DNA from: an uncultured delta proteobacterium | GTDB lineage: Bacteria; Myxococcota_A; Polyangia; Polyangiales; Polyangiaceae | Assembly (NCBI GenBank): GCA_963782055.1 | Contig: CAWAIF010000003.1 | Span: 1,568,001 to 1,632,000 of the forward strand | Direction: 5' to 3' | DNA: 64,000 bases | Part shown: positions 9,793 through 21,252 of the stretch, in pieces | Layout of the letters: every line of letters begins with the position of its first letter | How positions within the stretch are numbered: the first letter of the stretch is position 1 | Program-made: the position numbers and the translations under genes | The notes under the pieces: model-generated | Told to the model about the DNA's origin: nothing | Seen by the model: the letters and a program-made list of their open reading frames with translations, nothing else | The model's database searches: none

Positions 9793-11438
9793 GTGGTGGG
9801 GGGAGCGGCCAACAAGGTCGCCGCGGCGCACGCGCGCTTCGCCAAGGCGGCGCTGCTCATCTACCTCGGAGCGGCCGTGGTGGCGGTCGCCCTGCTCGTG
9901 GCCACCCTCGTCACCGACCGCAACTACCAGGACGAGCAGACGCAGATGCGCCTGCAGCTCGAGACGGAGGTGCGCGCCTACTACCTGGAGCAGCACCTCA
10001 CCCTGCTCACCGACGAGCTGAGGCGCCTCGGCCGCCGCTCGGAGGTGGACCTCCTCGACGCCAACATGGCCCCGGAGCGCGGACTGCTCGAGGTCTCCCA
10101 CGCGCAGAGCACCTTCTTCAACCTGGGCGTGGCCATCGTGGACGTGGACGGCAACGTGATGTGGTCGGAGCCGGAGACGTTCCTGCCCACGACGACGTCC
10201 CTCGCCGACACGCCGTGGTTTCTGAAGGCGCGGCAGGACCGCGACGAGGCCATCGTGCCGGTCGACCCCCGGGCGAAGGACGCGGTGCTCTACGTCGTGT
10301 CCCCGGTGGTGCGAGACGAGCAGTTCACCGGGGCGCTGGTGGGGGGCATGGACCTGGCGCGCGGGCGGCCGCTGGACCCGGAGGACGCCAGCACGATGAC
10401 CGTCATCGCGACGGGCCGCGGGCAAGTGGTTTACCCCGCGGTCCCGCCGCGCTTCGCCTTCGGCTCGGAGTGGTCGGACATCTTCAAGCGGCCTTCCGCG
10501 CAGACCTCCACCACGCAGACGCGGCTGGACGACGTGCCGATGGTCGTCGCCGCGGTGCCGCTCACCATGGGCAACCTGGTGGTGCTCTCCGTCGCCCCGC
10601 GCGATCGTCTCTTTCACGCCGCGAGCGTCCACATGCGCACGCGGCTTCTGCTCGGGCTCGCGCTGGCCCTGGCGCCGCTGGTGGCGCTGGTGCTCCTGCT
10701 GCGCCGCTCGCTGCGCGAGCTCCGCCGCTCGGAGGAGCAGGCCATGCGGGAGGAGCGGCTGCAGCGCACCGGGGAGGCGGCCAACCTCATCGCCCACGAG
10801 GTGCGCAACTCCCTCAACGGCCTCAAGATGGGGCTGGACCTGGTGCTGCGCGAGAAGAGCCGCCCCAACGAGCGCGTGGTGCGCGAGCTCCGCGCGGAGA
10901 TCGAGCGTCTCAGCGGCTTCACCCACCAGCTCATGCTCTTCGCCAAGGACCCCACCCCGCATCGCTCCGATGTCGACCTCTCCCGCCTGGTGCCCGACGC
11001 GCTCGGCTTCGCGCGGGACCTGGCCGCGGAGCTGGACGTGGAGCTGTCGGTGACTGGCGTGGACGAGCCGCTGCCCGCGCGGGCCGACCCGGTGCTGGTC
11101 CCCATCGCCGTCTCCAACCTGGTGTCCAACGCCCTGGACGCGGTGAGCGGCGCGACGACGGACGGGCCCGGCCGGGTGGAGGTGGACGTCACCGCCGACG
11201 ACGACCAGGTCGCGGTGCGCGTGAGCGACAACGGGCCGGGCGTCCCGGCGGAGCTGCGCGCCAACCTCTTCGAGCCCTTCGTCACCGGCAAGCCGAGCGG
11301 CGTGGGGATCGGCCTGGCGCTGGCGCGCAAGATCGCCCAGGTCCACGGCGGCGACCTGACGCTCATGCCGAGCGAGCGCGGCGCCGAGTTCCGGCTTACC
11401 CTGCCGCGCGGGGCGAAGAAGGCCGTGGAGGGATCCGC

Positions 11439-11442
<4 letters not shown>
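9793..11442 (+). CDS. Membrane sensor histidine kinase (Cache-like periplasmic domain)
   Basis: Two TMs; H-box IAHEVRNSL; N-box NLVSNA; DNGPG; FEPFVTGK; GIGLA. Confidence 0.92.
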
Positions 11443-12818
<1,376 letters not shown>

Positions 12819-12866
12819 GCGCGAGAGGCGGTGGCCGAGGCGCGCGGGACGCACTAACGTGAGGGC

Positions 12867-13163
12867 ATGCGAGAAGAGCTCGCGAGGTCTCTCGGTCCGG
12901 TGGAGTTCGCCGACCTGCGCGCGCACCTCGCGCGCGACGCGGTGATCGTGGTGGACGCGTCGCTCGACCTGCTCGACGTGGGCGAGGCGCTCGCGCTGGA
13001 CGACGAGCCTCGCGTGGCGGCGTGGATCGCCGCCGGGCTGATCGGCAAGCCCTCGCTCCAGGCTCTGGAGCGGTGGGCACGGACGGAGGGCCCGGCGTGG
13101 ACCTCACTGGTGGTGCAGCCCTTCGTGCTGGTGCGGGAAGGGGGAGGGAGCGCCTCGTCGTGA
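12867..13163 (+). CDS. DUF2288-family protein
   Basis: HLARDAVIVVD.SLDL..VG.A...DD...V..W; LVVQPFVLV. Confidence 0.8.
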   Translation: MREELARSLGPVEFADLRAHLARDAVIVVDASLDLLDVGEALALDDEPRVAAWIAAGLIGKPSLQALERWARTEGPAWTSLVVQPFVLVREGGGSASS

Positions 13164-14047
13164 GCGCGGCAGGGGTGGGTACGGCAGGCGCACTCCTCCG
13201 CCTCGCGCGGCCGAAGGGCAGCGCGGCGCTGCTCGCGGTGGTGCTCCTCGGCTACGGCTTCGCGCACTGGGACGTGGGGCTCCCTCTCACCCGGCCGGGC
13301 GCGCTCGGCGCCGTGCTGGTGGCGTGGCTGCTGCTCGGGTCGGGGACTTTGTGGCTCAACGCGTCGCTGGACGGCGACGAGGGCGGCGCGCTCTTCGCCG
13401 AGCGCGCGACGCGTCCGCTGCACCTGACGGCGTGGGCGTACGCCGCGCTGGTCGTCGCGGTGGCGCTCGCGTCGGTCGCGTCGCGCGGAGCGGGGCTCGC
13501 TTGCACGGCGTGCGCGGCGCTCTCGGTGGCGTACTCGCACCCGCGGACCATGTGGAAGGCCCACCCGGTGCTCGGCCCGGCGGTCAACGGGCTGGGCTAC
13601 GGCCTGCTCAGCGCGCTCGGCGGGTGGGCGGTGCCCGGCGTGGCCATGAGCGTGCGCACGGCGGCCGCCTTCGTCTTGCTCTCCGTGTTCGTCGTGGGGA
13701 TGACCTTCGGCGCGCAGGCCTTCCAGCGCGAGGACGACGCGCGCCGCGGCTACCGCACGCTCGTCGTCACGCACGGCCCGGCGGCGTGCCTGCGCGCGCT
13801 GCGGGTGTGCACCCTCGTCTCGGTGGCGGGGGTGGGGGTGCTCGCGGCGGCGGGCGTCTACCCGCGGCTGTGCTTGCTCGGCCTGCCCGCGTTCTTCTTC
13901 GCCGACCGCTGGATGCGCAGGTGGCAGGCGGCACCCTGCGGCGGTGGACCGGGGTACGCGGCGGGGCTGGTGATCCGGATGCTCGCGGCGTGCGGAGTGC
14001 TGGTGGGCCTGGCGTACGCCGCGACGCTCTTCCAGTCGTCGCCGTAG
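13160..14047 (+). CDS. UbiA-family prenyltransferase-like membrane protein
   Basis: Multi-TM; NASLDGDEG; YSHPR..WKAHP; QREDDARRGYRTL. Confidence 0.75.
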   Translation: MSAAGVGTAGALLRLARPKGSAALLAVVLLGYGFAHWDVGLPLTRPGALGAVLVAWLLLGSGTLWLNASLDGDEGGALFAERATRPLHLTAWAYAALVVAVALASVASRGAGLACTACAALSVAYSHPRTMWKAHPVLGPAVNGLGYGLLSALGGWAVPGVAMSVRTAAAFVLLSVFVVGMTFGAQAFQREDDARRGYRTLVVTHGPAACLRALRVCTLVSVAGVGVLAAAGVYPRLCLLGLPAFFFADRWMRRWQAAPCGGGPGYAAGLVIRMLAACGVLVGLAYAATLFQSSP

Positions 14048-14052
14048 CGGAC

Positions 14053-14070
14053 CGCGGCGGCTCCGCCGCG
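14053..14070. terminator. GC hairpin between convergent genes
   Basis: CGCGGCGG-CT-CCGCCGCG between stops at 14047 (+) and 14073 (-); no U-tract. Confidence 0.35.
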
Positions 14071-14072
14071 CG

Positions 14073-14729
14073 TCACTCGTACTTGCGCGCGCACGTACCC
14101 GCGTTGCACACGAAGACGAAGGGCGCGCCGCGCGTGGGTCCGACGGTCTCGCGGTCGGCCGCGTCGCAGGACGTGCAGCGCGTGCCGTCGGCGCACGCGC
14201 AGGGCATCTGGCAGCCCTGCACCGGATCGCACACGAGGCCGGGCGCGCAGTCGCTCGTGGTGTTGCACGTCGCCTCCAGGCTGCCCGTGCACCCGCCGGC
14301 TCCGGTGTCGCAGCTCGCGCAGAGGACCTCGGCGATGGCGTAGCCCCCGCGGCAGGTGATGGACGTCGTGCCGTCGCACGCGCTCGCGGCGCCTTCGGTG
14401 CACGAGGGCTCCGGCGTCGGGGAGAGGGTGCAGAACGCGTCCTGCTTCGTCACGCCTCGCGAGTCCTTCACCCGCTCGGTCTGGCAGAGGCCCGCGCCGC
14501 ACGCCGCCGACACTTGCCACGTGTTGGGGCTGCTGTCGTGATGGTGCACGTCGACCGGGTCGACGGAGACGTCGGTCCCGGAGGGGTGCGCCCGGCACTC
14601 CTCGATGGTGCCGTCCTGCGTGCACCGACGCTCCCCCGGGATGCAGTCGGCGCCCATGCTGCACCCGCCGGTGAGCGTCGCGGCGCCAACGAGCGGACAC
14701 ACGAGACCGAGGACGGTCGTCCACGCCAT
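14073..14729 (-). CDS. Cys-rich lipoprotein, hypothetical
   Basis: MAWTTVLGLVCPLVGAATLTGGC signal; Cys-rich modules; an alternative upstream start lies near 14780. Confidence 0.7.
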   Translation of the reverse strand: MAWTTVLGLVCPLVGAATLTGGCSMGADCIPGERRCTQDGTIEECRAHPSGTDVSVDPVDVHHHDSSPNTWQVSAACGAGLCQTERVKDSRGVTKQDAFCTLSPTPEPSCTEGAASACDGTTSITCRGGYAIAEVLCASCDTGAGGCTGSLEATCNTTSDCAPGLVCDPVQGCQMPCACADGTRCTSCDAADRETVGPTRGAPFVFVCNAGTCARKYE

Positions 14730-14818
14730 GAGCGATCTCCCCGCGATTCCCCGCGCGAGTCGCCTGAAGAGGAGAAGCATGGCCCGGCGCAATGCAAAGC
14801 GTGGGCCACGCCCGCGGG

Positions 14819-15877
14819 CTATCGATCCTGTGCAGTCCGGCGGTGGAGCGGCGCGTGCGCGGCGCCTCCGGAGGCGACGCGCCGATCGCCGAGGTGACCG
14901 GCGACCTGGGTCGCGGTGGTCTTCACGCGCAGCGTGCCGTCGTCGCCGAGCGCCAGGTCGGCGGCGGGCGCGCCCTGGAGGTGTTCGGCGAAGAATGCGA
15001 CGAGGGCGCGACGCGCGAGGGTGCGGACCGTGAAGGAGTCGGCGGTGCCGACGCGGCAGATTCGCTGCCCGGGGAAGTCCGGGTCGTCCATCACCTGGAC
15101 GTGGTCGGCGTTGCGCAGCATGACCTCCACCGTCCCCGCCGGCGCCTGCTCGAAGAAGCGCTCGTAGTTGTGGTCGCGCGGGCAGCAGACGTCCCACCCG
15201 CGCCACGCGACCTGGGCGCCGATGAGCATGAGCGGCGCGTGCAGCGCGCCGAGCGCGACATGGATGACCGAGATCGGTCCCTGATCGTCCGGCTCCAGCG
15301 CCACGACCGCGCGAAACCGGATGTCGACCGCGGCGGCCCACACCGCGTCCTTCGCGCCGCGCGAGTGACCCGCCACACCGAGGCGCGCGGGGTCGACGAG
15401 GCCGGAGGCGACGAGCCAGTCGGCGATGAAGCTCGCGTCGTCCCGGAGCTCCGCGTCGGAGCGGAACGGACCGTACCCTCCCCGCACCGCCACCACGAAG
15501 CCCCGCGACGCGAGGTCGCGCGCGTAGCTCTCGTACTGGAACTCCGGGGCCATCAGCCCGGGCAGGAACACCACCGCGGGGGCAGGGCGCTCCATCCGGG
15601 CCGGGCGGTAGAGCACGATCGCGAACCGACCGATGTCCATCCCGCCGGCGGTGACCATCTCGGGGCCAGGACCGGCCCAGTCGCCACGCCGAAGCTGCCG
15701 CGCGTCCCTCGCAAGCGCTGCGCCCGGCCCCGGGGGGAGCGAGCCCATCCGGACGCAGTCGACGAGCAGGAGCGCCAGCGCCATCGGTACGAAGATGCCG
15801 CCCGCGCGCCTGACGAGGGAGGTCCGGGGCGTGCTCAAGGTGTCCACTCGGCGTAGCAGCCTCGCGCGTTCCGCCAA
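14819..15877 (-). CDS. Alpha/beta hydrolase (chlorophyllase/cutinase-like); real start may be near 15785
   Basis: VVFLPG; LASRGFVV; nucleophile GHSRG; ADHVQVMD. Confidence 0.8.
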   Translation of the reverse strand: MAERARLLRRVDTLSTPRTSLVRRAGGIFVPMALALLLVDCVRMGSLPPGPGAALARDARQLRRGDWAGPGPEMVTAGGMDIGRFAIVLYRPARMERPAPAVVFLPGLMAPEFQYESYARDLASRGFVVAVRGGYGPFRSDAELRDDASFIADWLVASGLVDPARLGVAGHSRGAKDAVWAAAVDIRFRAVVALEPDDQGPISVIHVALGALHAPLMLIGAQVAWRGWDVCCPRDHNYERFFEQAPAGTVEVMLRNADHVQVMDDPDFPGQRICRVGTADSFTVRTLARRALVAFFAEHLQGAPAADLALGDDGTLRVKTTATQVAGHLGDRRVASGGAAHAPLHRRTAQDR

Positions 15878-15885
15878 GCTCGGCC

Positions 15886-16938
15886 ATGCGCGTCATGCGC
15901 GGCACGAGTCTCGCACCATGGCCGGGCATGACGCTCGAGGTGGTCCGCAACGAGGCCCCGGCGCGCGCGCCGCTCATCGCCAATCTCGTCCGCCGGCACG
16001 GCGGTCCCGTCTCGGCGGCGCTCTTCGACGCCGACATCGAGGTGTTTCGCGCCGAAAGCATGGAGGGGGTGATCGCATTCCGCCACGGTTTCGGTTGCGC
16101 CGTCTCCATCGGCGATCCGGTGTGCGCGCGCGACCGCATGCCGGCGCTAGCCGAGGCCTTTCGCTCCCACTGCCGTGCTCGCGGGTGGAGCACGGTGTAC
16201 GCCGTCGCCAGCGAGCCTCTCGCGGCGTGGGCCGCGAATCGCGGGTACGCCGCCATCGAGTTCGCGCGCGAGCTGATCGTCGACCCCCGTCACGACCCGC
16301 TCGCGGGCTCGTCCGCGCAGCGGCTCCGTGGCAAGGTGCACCGCGCCGAGCGGGAGGGCGTGGTCGCCGCGGAGTACGCGCCAGGCGCGGCGCGCGACGA
16401 GGCGCTCGAGAGGGCGCTCACGGCCGCCGCCCGCGCGTGGCTCGAGGCGCGGCATGGCCCGCAGGTCTACCTGACACCCATCGCGCTGTTCGCCGGGCGC
16501 GGATGCAAGCGCTGGTTTTACGCGCGGCGCGGCGAGGCCATCGTCGGCGTGATGCAGCTCGTCCGCATGGACGCGTACGACGGCTACCTCATCAGCCAGC
16601 TCATCGCCACACCCGACGCGCCGCCGGGTACGACCGAGTTGCTCGGCGTCGCGGGGCTTTCGGCGCTCGGCGTGGAGGGGTGCGGCTACGCCACCTGGGG
16701 GCCCGCGCCGCTCGTGGACTTCGGCCACGTCACGGGCCTCGGTTCGCTCTCCGAGCAGATCGGGCGCGCGGTCTATCGCGCCGCCGGACACGCCTTCCAC
16801 CTCGAGGCGCGCAACGACTACCGCCGCAAGTTCCCCATCGCGCGCACCGCGGGCTCCTACCTGCTCTTCGACCCGCCCCGGATCGGCCCGGGTATCGCGC
16901 TCGAGGTGCTGCGCGCCTTCCACGCGTCGGCCCGCTGA
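15886..16938 (+). CDS. Stand-alone aminoacyl-phosphatidylglycerol synthase (MprF C-terminal/DUF2156-like) domain protein
   Basis: IGDPVC; F..HC...GW; LRGKVHRAEREG; DAPPGTTELL; G.APL; YRRKF; no TM flippase domain. Confidence 0.75.
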   Translation: MRVMRGTSLAPWPGMTLEVVRNEAPARAPLIANLVRRHGGPVSAALFDADIEVFRAESMEGVIAFRHGFGCAVSIGDPVCARDRMPALAEAFRSHCRARGWSTVYAVASEPLAAWAANRGYAAIEFARELIVDPRHDPLAGSSAQRLRGKVHRAEREGVVAAEYAPGAARDEALERALTAAARAWLEARHGPQVYLTPIALFAGRGCKRWFYARRGEAIVGVMQLVRMDAYDGYLISQLIATPDAPPGTTELLGVAGLSALGVEGCGYATWGPAPLVDFGHVTGLGSLSEQIGRAVYRAAGHAFHLEARNDYRRKFPIARTAGSYLLFDPPRIGPGIALEVLRAFHASAR

Positions 16939-16954
16939 GCCATCGTCCGACCCG

Positions 16955-17794
16955 TCAAGCCAGACCGGTCCATTCGCGGCTGCGACGCACCAGCTCGTCC
17001 TGCAGGGCGATGTCGTTGGCGAGCGGGTTGGGCTCCTTGCGCTTGCAGCTGTCGTAGTACAGGCCGGTCTCCTTCGCGAGGGAGGGGTCGGTGGCGCACC
17101 AGGTCTGCGTCCTCGCGCCCCGCTCGTTGGAGATCATGAAGGGCTTGAGCAGCCCGGCGAAGATGCCCAGTCGCCGTGACCAGATGTCGCTCGCCACGGT
17201 GCCGGGGTGGAGCGAGTAGGTCGTCACCGGGGTGTCGGCGAGCCTGCGCGCGAGCTCCTTGGCGTACAGCACGTTGCACAGCTTGCTCACGAAGTACTCG
17301 GGCATCGCGCTGGTGCTCCGCGTGACGCCGCGCACGGCGTCCCAGTCGATCCCCTTCGCGCGGTAATGGCCTTCGCTGGAGACGATGACGACGCGCCCCT
17401 GCGGCGCGCGCCGGACCAGCGGGAGCAGGCGCTCGGTGAGCAGGAAGGGGCCGAGGTGGTTGGTCCCGAAGGTCAGCTCGAAGCCGTCCTTCGTCTCGCC
17501 GCGCACGCCGGCGATCCCCGCGTTGTCGATCAGGGCGTCGATCGTCGGGTCGAGCGCCAGGATCTCGTCGGCCGCCCGGCGGACGGAGGCCAGATCGCCG
17601 AGCTCCAGGGCCACGAAGGACGCCTCCAGCCCGGGGTGGGCGCGGAGCTCGGCGAGGACGGGCTCGGTCTTCTCTCGGCTGCGCGAGGCGATGAGGATGC
17701 GCGAAGCGCCCGCCTCGGCGAGCGCCCGGACGGTGGCCCGCCCGATGCCGGTGTTGGCACCCGTCACGACGTACGTCTTGCCCTTCAGGTTCAT
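16955..17794 (-). CDS. SDR oxidoreductase (retinol dehydrogenase-like)
   Basis: TGANTGIG; DNAG; FGTNHLG; YFVSK; HPG. Confidence 0.92.
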   Translation of the reverse strand: MNLKGKTYVVTGANTGIGRATVRALAEAGASRILIASRSREKTEPVLAELRAHPGLEASFVALELGDLASVRRAADEILALDPTIDALIDNAGIAGVRGETKDGFELTFGTNHLGPFLLTERLLPLVRRAPQGRVVIVSSEGHYRAKGIDWDAVRGVTRSTSAMPEYFVSKLCNVLYAKELARRLADTPVTTYSLHPGTVASDIWSRRLGIFAGLLKPFMISNERGARTQTWCATDPSLAKETGLYYDSCKRKEPNPLANDIALQDELVRRSREWTGLA

Positions 17795-17850
17795 GAGCGC
17801 CTCCGATGCCGCGGCCGCGGCCCCCGTCGCCGGGGACGGTATCACGCCGC

Positions 17851-19812
17851 TCAGCCGGAGGGTCTGCGCGCCTCCAGCTCCTCCCACCGCGCCGTGCGCT
17901 TCGTCACCTCCGCCTGCGCCGCTTCCAGCGCGGCGCGCACCGGCCCCACCTCCGCCGGCGTCTCGGCGTAGAGCGCCGGGTCGGCGAGGCGCGCCTCCAG
18001 GCGCGCGACCTCCGCCTCCGCCTCGGCGACGACGTCCAGGATGCCGTCCAGCTCGATGCGCTCGGCGTAGGTGAGGGGCTTCGGGCCCGGCGCCGCCTGC
18101 CGCCGCGCGCGAGGCGCGGCAGGTGCGGCCTCCGGCGCCGCGCGCTTGCCCGGCGCATCGGGGCGCTGCGACCGGTATGTCGCGTAGTTGCCGGCGTAGA
18201 GCACCGCGTGCCCGTCCGGCTCCATCGCCAGGATGTGGGTCGCGACCCGATCCAGAAAGGCGCGATCGTGCGAGACGACGAGCGCGGCGCCCGGCCACGA
18301 CTCCAGCAGCTCCTCCAGCGTGGCGAGGGTGGTCACGTCCAGATCGTTGGTGGGCTCGTCCAGGAGCAGCAGGTTGTCGCCTGCGCGCAGCACCTTGGCC
18401 AGCGCGACGCGCGCGCGCTCGCCGCCGGAGAGCGAGCCCACCTTCTGCCGCTGCTTGGCGCCGTCGAAGAGGAACTGCTCCAGGTACGCGCGCATCTCCA
18501 CGGTGCGCTCGCCGATGGTCACGACGCCCGCGCCCTGCCGCTCGGCGCCCTCCCGCCCCGCCACGTTGTCCAGCACCGACCAGCCGTCCTCCAGGTTCGC
18601 CCGGGCCTGGTCGAAGTGCGCGATGCGCGTGCGCCCGCCGCGCACCACCTTGCCGGCCGCCGGCTCCAGCTCGCCGGTGACCACGCGCAGCAGCGAGGTC
18701 TTGCCCGCGCCGTTGGGACCGACGATGCCCACGCGCTCGCCGGTCTGCAGGTGCAGCGTCACGTCCTTCACGAGCACGCGGCCGGCGATCGCCACGTCCA
18801 CGTGCTCCAGGTCCAGCACCGTCTTGCCCAGGCGCGGCGCCGAGGACTCCAGCCCGGTGAGGTCGAGGGCCTGCGGCGCCTTCGTCGGCTCGGCGGCGGC
18901 CAGGGCTTCCGCCCGCTGGATGCGCGCCTTCTGCTTGGTGCTGCGCGCCTTCGCGCCGCGGCGTAGCCACGCGGTCTCTCGCCGCAGCAGGTTGAGGCGG
19001 TTCTGCCCGACGCGCTCCTCGTGAGCGAGCCGCTCCGCCTTCTGCTCCAGGTAATCGGCGTAGCCGCCGGCGTACTCGGTGAGCGCGCCGCGATCGAGCT
19101 CCAGGATGCGGTTGCAGAGCGCGTCCATCACGTAGCGGTCGTGGGTGACCACCAGCACCGCGCCGCCGAAGTCGCTCGCGAGGTACTCCTCCAGCCAGGC
19201 GATGGTGTCGGCGTCCAGGTGGTTGGTGGGCTCGTCCAGGATGGCGAGATCAGGCCGGGCGACGAGGATGCGCGCGAGGGCGACGCGGCGCCGCTCGCCG
19301 CCGCTCATGGTGCCCACGGCGCGGTCGGCGTCGCGCACGCCCAGCTTGTCCAGCATCTCGCTCGCGAGGTGCCCGCGCGACCACCCGCCGAGGTGCTCCA
19401 CGCGCTCGGCGAGGTGCGACTGCTCCAGCACGAGGGCGTCGGTCGCGCCCTCCCGCTCGATGCGCCGTGTGACCTCGGCGTGGCGGGTCGAGGCGTCCTT
19501 CCACGCGGCGAGCCCCTCCTCGACCACCTCGCGCGCCGTTGCCTCCGCCGTGAGCGTCGGCTCCTGCGCGAGGTACAGGATGGAGGCGTCGCGGCGGCGG
19601 TCGACGGTCCCGGTGTCCGCCACCTCGATGCCGGCGAGCACGCGCAGCAGCGTGGACTTGCCGGTCCCGTTGATGCCGAGCAAGCCCACGCGCTCGCCCG
19701 CGGCGACGCTCAGCGACACGTCGCGCAGCAACGTCTGCGTCCCGTACGCCTTGGCGAGGTGGCGGGCGCCGAGGACCGGACCGGAGCGAAGGTCGGGGAG
19801 GGAGGGCGGCAT
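17851..19812 (-). CDS. ABC-F family ATPase (Uup-like)
   Basis: Two NBDs (GINGTGKS/SGGE/DEPTNHLD; GPNGAGKT/LSGGE/DEPTNDLD); KARSTKQKAR linker; C-terminal coiled coil ending RWEELE. Confidence 0.93.
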   Translation of the reverse strand: MPPSLPDLRSGPVLGARHLAKAYGTQTLLRDVSLSVAAGERVGLLGINGTGKSTLLRVLAGIEVADTGTVDRRRDASILYLAQEPTLTAEATAREVVEEGLAAWKDASTRHAEVTRRIEREGATDALVLEQSHLAERVEHLGGWSRGHLASEMLDKLGVRDADRAVGTMSGGERRRVALARILVARPDLAILDEPTNHLDADTIAWLEEYLASDFGGAVLVVTHDRYVMDALCNRILELDRGALTEYAGGYADYLEQKAERLAHEERVGQNRLNLLRRETAWLRRGAKARSTKQKARIQRAEALAAAEPTKAPQALDLTGLESSAPRLGKTVLDLEHVDVAIAGRVLVKDVTLHLQTGERVGIVGPNGAGKTSLLRVVTGELEPAAGKVVRGGRTRIAHFDQARANLEDGWSVLDNVAGREGAERQGAGVVTIGERTVEMRAYLEQFLFDGAKQRQKVGSLSGGERARVALAKVLRAGDNLLLLDEPTNDLDVTTLATLEELLESWPGAALVVSHDRAFLDRVATHILAMEPDGHAVLYAGNYATYRSQRPDAPGKRAAPEAAPAAPRARRQAAPGPKPLTYAERIELDGILDVVAEAEAEVARLEARLADPALYAETPAEVGPVRAALEAAQAEVTKRTARWEELEARRPSG

Positions 19813-20013
19813 GGCGTAGTGTACGGTCGAGCGCAGACGCCCTACCAGCAGCCGCCCCCGAGGGCCAGGCGGTTTCGGTCCGGGTCAGCATTCTCGTTCT
19901 GGTCGCGGCTCGACCTTGGAGGTGCGCGGCAGAGCCGGGGGCTGGCCATGGACACGACGTGCCGCGTTCCTATGTTGGGGATGCGGCGCACAGGCCGTGA
20001 GAGAGAGGCATGG

Positions 20014-21252
20014 GTGGACGCCGTGGCCGGCCCGCAGCGCAAGAAGACGATCCTGGTGGTGGACGACACCGCCCCGCTGCGTCGCGCTCTGGCGTTCCAG
20101 CTCGTCATGCTCGGGTTCGCGGTCCGGGAGGCGGAGGATGGCCTGCAGGCGCTCGAGGAGGTGGAGCGCGCCACGCCCGACCTCGTCCTCTCCGACCTGC
20201 GCATGCCCCGCATGGACGGGCTCGCGCTGCTCGCCTCGCTCCGCGAGTCGCACCCCGACCTGCCGGTGGTGGTGATGTCCGGGGCGGGTCTGCTGCAGGA
20301 CGCCATCGGCGCGATGAGGCTCGGCGCGTGGGACTACGTCGAGAAGCCTCTGCCGCCCGCGGAGGCGCTGAGGCACGCGCTCGATCGCGTGCTGGAGAGC
20401 GCGGCCCTCCGCGAGGAAAATCGGTGCCAGCGCCGGCAGCTCGAGGCGACCAACCGCGAGCTGCGCGCGACGCTCACCCTCCTCGCCGCCGACGAGGAGG
20501 CGGGGAGGCAGCTGCAGTTTCGCATGCTGCCGAAGAACCACATGAGATTCGGCCCGTTCGAGTTCAGCCGCGAGCTGTTGCCTTCGGCGTTCCTGAGCGG
20601 GGACTTCGTCGACGCCTTCGTCATCGACGACCACCGCTGGGCCTTCTACCTGGCGGACGTGGCCGGTCACGGCGTCTCGTCGGCGATGGTGACCGTACTG
20701 GTGCGCTCGCTCGTCCAGGGCATCGCCGGCGAGCGCGGCCCGGGCGGCGACCCGCTGGTGCTCTCCCCGGCGCGCGTCCTCGAGCGCCTCAACCAGGAGA
20801 TGGCCAAGGAGCGCGTCGACAAGCACCTGACGCTCTTCTTCGGCGTGATCGACAACGCGGACGCCACGCTCGTGTACGCCAACGCGGGGCAGTTCCCGTG
20901 GCCGATCGTCTACGACGGGTCGCGCGTGACGCCCCTCGCGCACCCGGGCATGCCCATCGGCATGCTCGCCCACGCGCGTTACGAGGAGCACTCCATCCAC
21001 TTCGCCGACGAGGGTCGGCTGGTGGCCGTCTCCGACGGCTTGCTGGAGGTCCTGCCTCACAGCGGCGTCGCGGCGAAGCAGGCGTTCCTCGACGCTCTCT
21101 TCGCGCGCGACGACGTGACCGTGGAGCAGGTGCGCCACGAGCTCCGACTCGACGAGCGCCTGCCGCTCCCGGACGACATCGCGATCCTGCTCATCAAGAG
21201 AGGAGGGACCCATGCCTCAGTCGAGAACGCGGGCGCTCTTCGGCCTCGCTGA
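20014..21252 (+). CDS. Response regulator fused to a PP2C/SpoIIE domain (Pseudomonas RssB-like)
   Basis: REC (VVDD, SDLRMP, YVEKP); AGRQLQFRMLP; PSAFLSGDFVD; DVAGHG; SDGLLE; PDDIA; GAGAGG RBS. Confidence 0.9.
   Translation: MDAVAGPQRKKTILVVDDTAPLRRALAFQLVMLGFAVREAEDGLQALEEVERATPDLVLSDLRMPRMDGLALLASLRESHPDLPVVVMSGAGLLQDAIGAMRLGAWDYVEKPLPPAEALRHALDRVLESAALREENRCQRRQLEATNRELRATLTLLAADEEAGRQLQFRMLPKNHMRFGPFEFSRELLPSAFLSGDFVDAFVIDDHRWAFYLADVAGHGVSSAMVTVLVRSLVQGIAGERGPGGDPLVLSPARVLERLNQEMAKERVDKHLTLFFGVIDNADATLVYANAGQFPWPIVYDGSRVTPLAHPGMPIGMLAHARYEEHSIHFADEGRLVAVSDGLLEVLPHSGVAAKQAFLDALFARDDVTVEQVRHELRLDERLPLPDDIAILLIKRGGTHASVENAGALRPR

Noticed and set aside
5322..9860. 1512-aa minus-strand ORF, and similar long ORFs such as 31897-34935(-), 41737-44994(-), 45322-49563(+), 20010-22607(+)
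   Set aside because: Antisense or off-frame shadows of well-supported genes. Stop codons are scarce in very GC-rich DNA, and the translations are Arg/Gly/Ala-rich with no motifs.
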